Source of the DNA: an uncultured delta proteobacterium | GTDB taxonomy: Bacteria > Desulfobacterota > RBG-13-43-22 | Assembly (NCBI GenBank): GCA_963843145.1 | Contig: CAWJJC010000006.1 | Coordinates: forward strand, 91,998 to 155,997 | Direction of reading: 5' to 3' | Length of the DNA: 64,000 bases | Part shown: positions 62,971 through 64,000 of the stretch, one piece after another | Position numbering within the stretch: position 1 is the first letter of the stretch | Layout: the number at the start of each line of letters is the position of its first letter | Program-made: the position numbers and the translations under genes | Notes under the pieces: model-generated | Database searches by the model: none | Seen by the model: the letters and a program-made list of their open reading frames with translations, nothing else | What the model was told of the DNA's origin: nothing

Positions 62971-63229
62971 AAATCACCTTTTCATGACGTTCCATTAGGC
63001 GCGCACTAATAATTCTGGTTCGGGTCCTACGTTTTGTGTGGGAGACCACAATAAGACGCCTTTGGAGAGATTCCCTAAAAGTCAGTTTCCGTTCTTCTTC
63101 TTTCGAATGGTCCGGGTCTGGAAACGAAATAGCCAGAGGATCGCCAAAAACTGTTGCAGCTTCTTGAAACGTGACTCCATGTTTTTTGAGGTTTTTCTCA
63201 GTCTTCTTGGGATCCCACTCAAATCTCAT
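62957..63229 (-). CDS. brnT: BrnT-family toxin
   Basis: MRFEWDPKK...NLKKHGVTF.EA..VF.DP, RIISAR. Confidence 0.9.
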   Translation of the reverse strand: MRFEWDPKKTEKNLKKHGVTFQEAATVFGDPLAISFPDPDHSKEEERKLTFRESLQRRLIVVSHTKRRTRTRIISARLMERHEKVIYEER

Positions 63230-63330
63230 AGTAATAACTAAAATAACAGAACTGGCAGATTTCGTAGTAATTCAGAAGGTTAAAATTAGAGTAAGAATTT
63301 CGTTCGATTTTATTTCAAAAACCGGGGTTG

Positions 63331-64000
63331 TCAAGGATTTTGCAGTAAATCCATTTGGGTATTCGATTGCAGGCCGGGCAGGTCGACGAGCGGCAGGGCC
63401 TCGACCCGGTCTAGAAGAGGATAGCGTTCCGTGCCCGGATAGACCACGTATAATTTTTTGACTGCACGTCTTCCAGAGCCACGTGTATCGACCTGGTCAG
63501 GGTCGGGGCGTCCGTGCATTTGAATTCGAATCCAACCCTGCGTCCCTTCCGCAGGAGCAGCAGGTCCAACTCCGCTCCTCGCTGGGTGCTCCAGAAATAG
63601 GCATCCCGCTCGCCCCACATCTGGAGGACCTGTTCCAGGGCAAACCCCTCCCAGGAGGCCCCGTAGCGGGGATGGGACGCAGTTCTTTCAGAGAACCAAT
63701 GCCCAGCAGGTAATGAAGGAGCCCACTGTCCCGGACGTAAATCTTGGGGGCCTTGACCTGCCTTTTTTTCAGGTTCTCAAACCAGGGCGGCAAGACTCGC
63801 AGGATATAAGCCCCCTGAAGTATATCGAGGTAATGACGGGTCGTTTTCGGGGTTACGGCTAGGGATCGGGCCAGCTCGGAGCCCGTCCCAAATCTGCCCA
63901 TGATAATGAGCGTTCATTGTCCAGAACCGGCGCAGGGCTTCAGCGGGGATGCGCAGACCCAGTTGAGGAATATCCCGTTCCAGGAAGGTGGCGGCACGCA
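63331..64000 (-). CDS. AAA+ ATPase with DUF4143 domain, 3' part (indels; 5' end outside the window)
   Basis: [44 protein letters not shown]. Confidence 0.82.

Noticed and set aside
12665-64000. Programmed frameshifting or phase variation in the many split genes
   Set aside because: Indels are scattered, often compensating or in short homopolymers, and hit unrelated genes; this fits assembly error or decay and needs reads to resolve

Overview
GC-rich chromosomal segment that looks deltaproteobacterial (Desulfobacterota-like; inferred from gene content). Many genes carry single-base indels, probably partly assembly error. The left ~46 kb is housekeeping and accessory genes: ETF/acyl-CoA dehydrogenase, arfB, cobT under a cobalamin riboswitch, tRNA-Thr(CGT), rpoZ-moaC-dksA, a Wzm/Wzt glycan locus, RND efflux, comM, a diadenylate cyclase and a PIF1 helicase. 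It also holds a GGDEF gene and an HD-GYP gene that share the same PAS-PAS input and the same minigene-plus-terminator leader, a probable OsmC selenoprotein split at UGA, and a four-helix-bundle gene bracketed by AT-rich heptamer arrays that recur elsewhere. The right ~16 kb (46.2-62.4 kb) reads as a decaying, integrase-less integron array on the minus strand, loaded with defence cargo. From a putative attI site it runs: TIR, SIR2-NACHT, an attC interrupted by an ORF-less group IIC intron, an RT-helical-HEPN gene, a 4-gene restriction-modification block, then VapBC and HigBA-like cassettes with clear attC sites. All assignments come from reading motifs by eye; no database searches were run.
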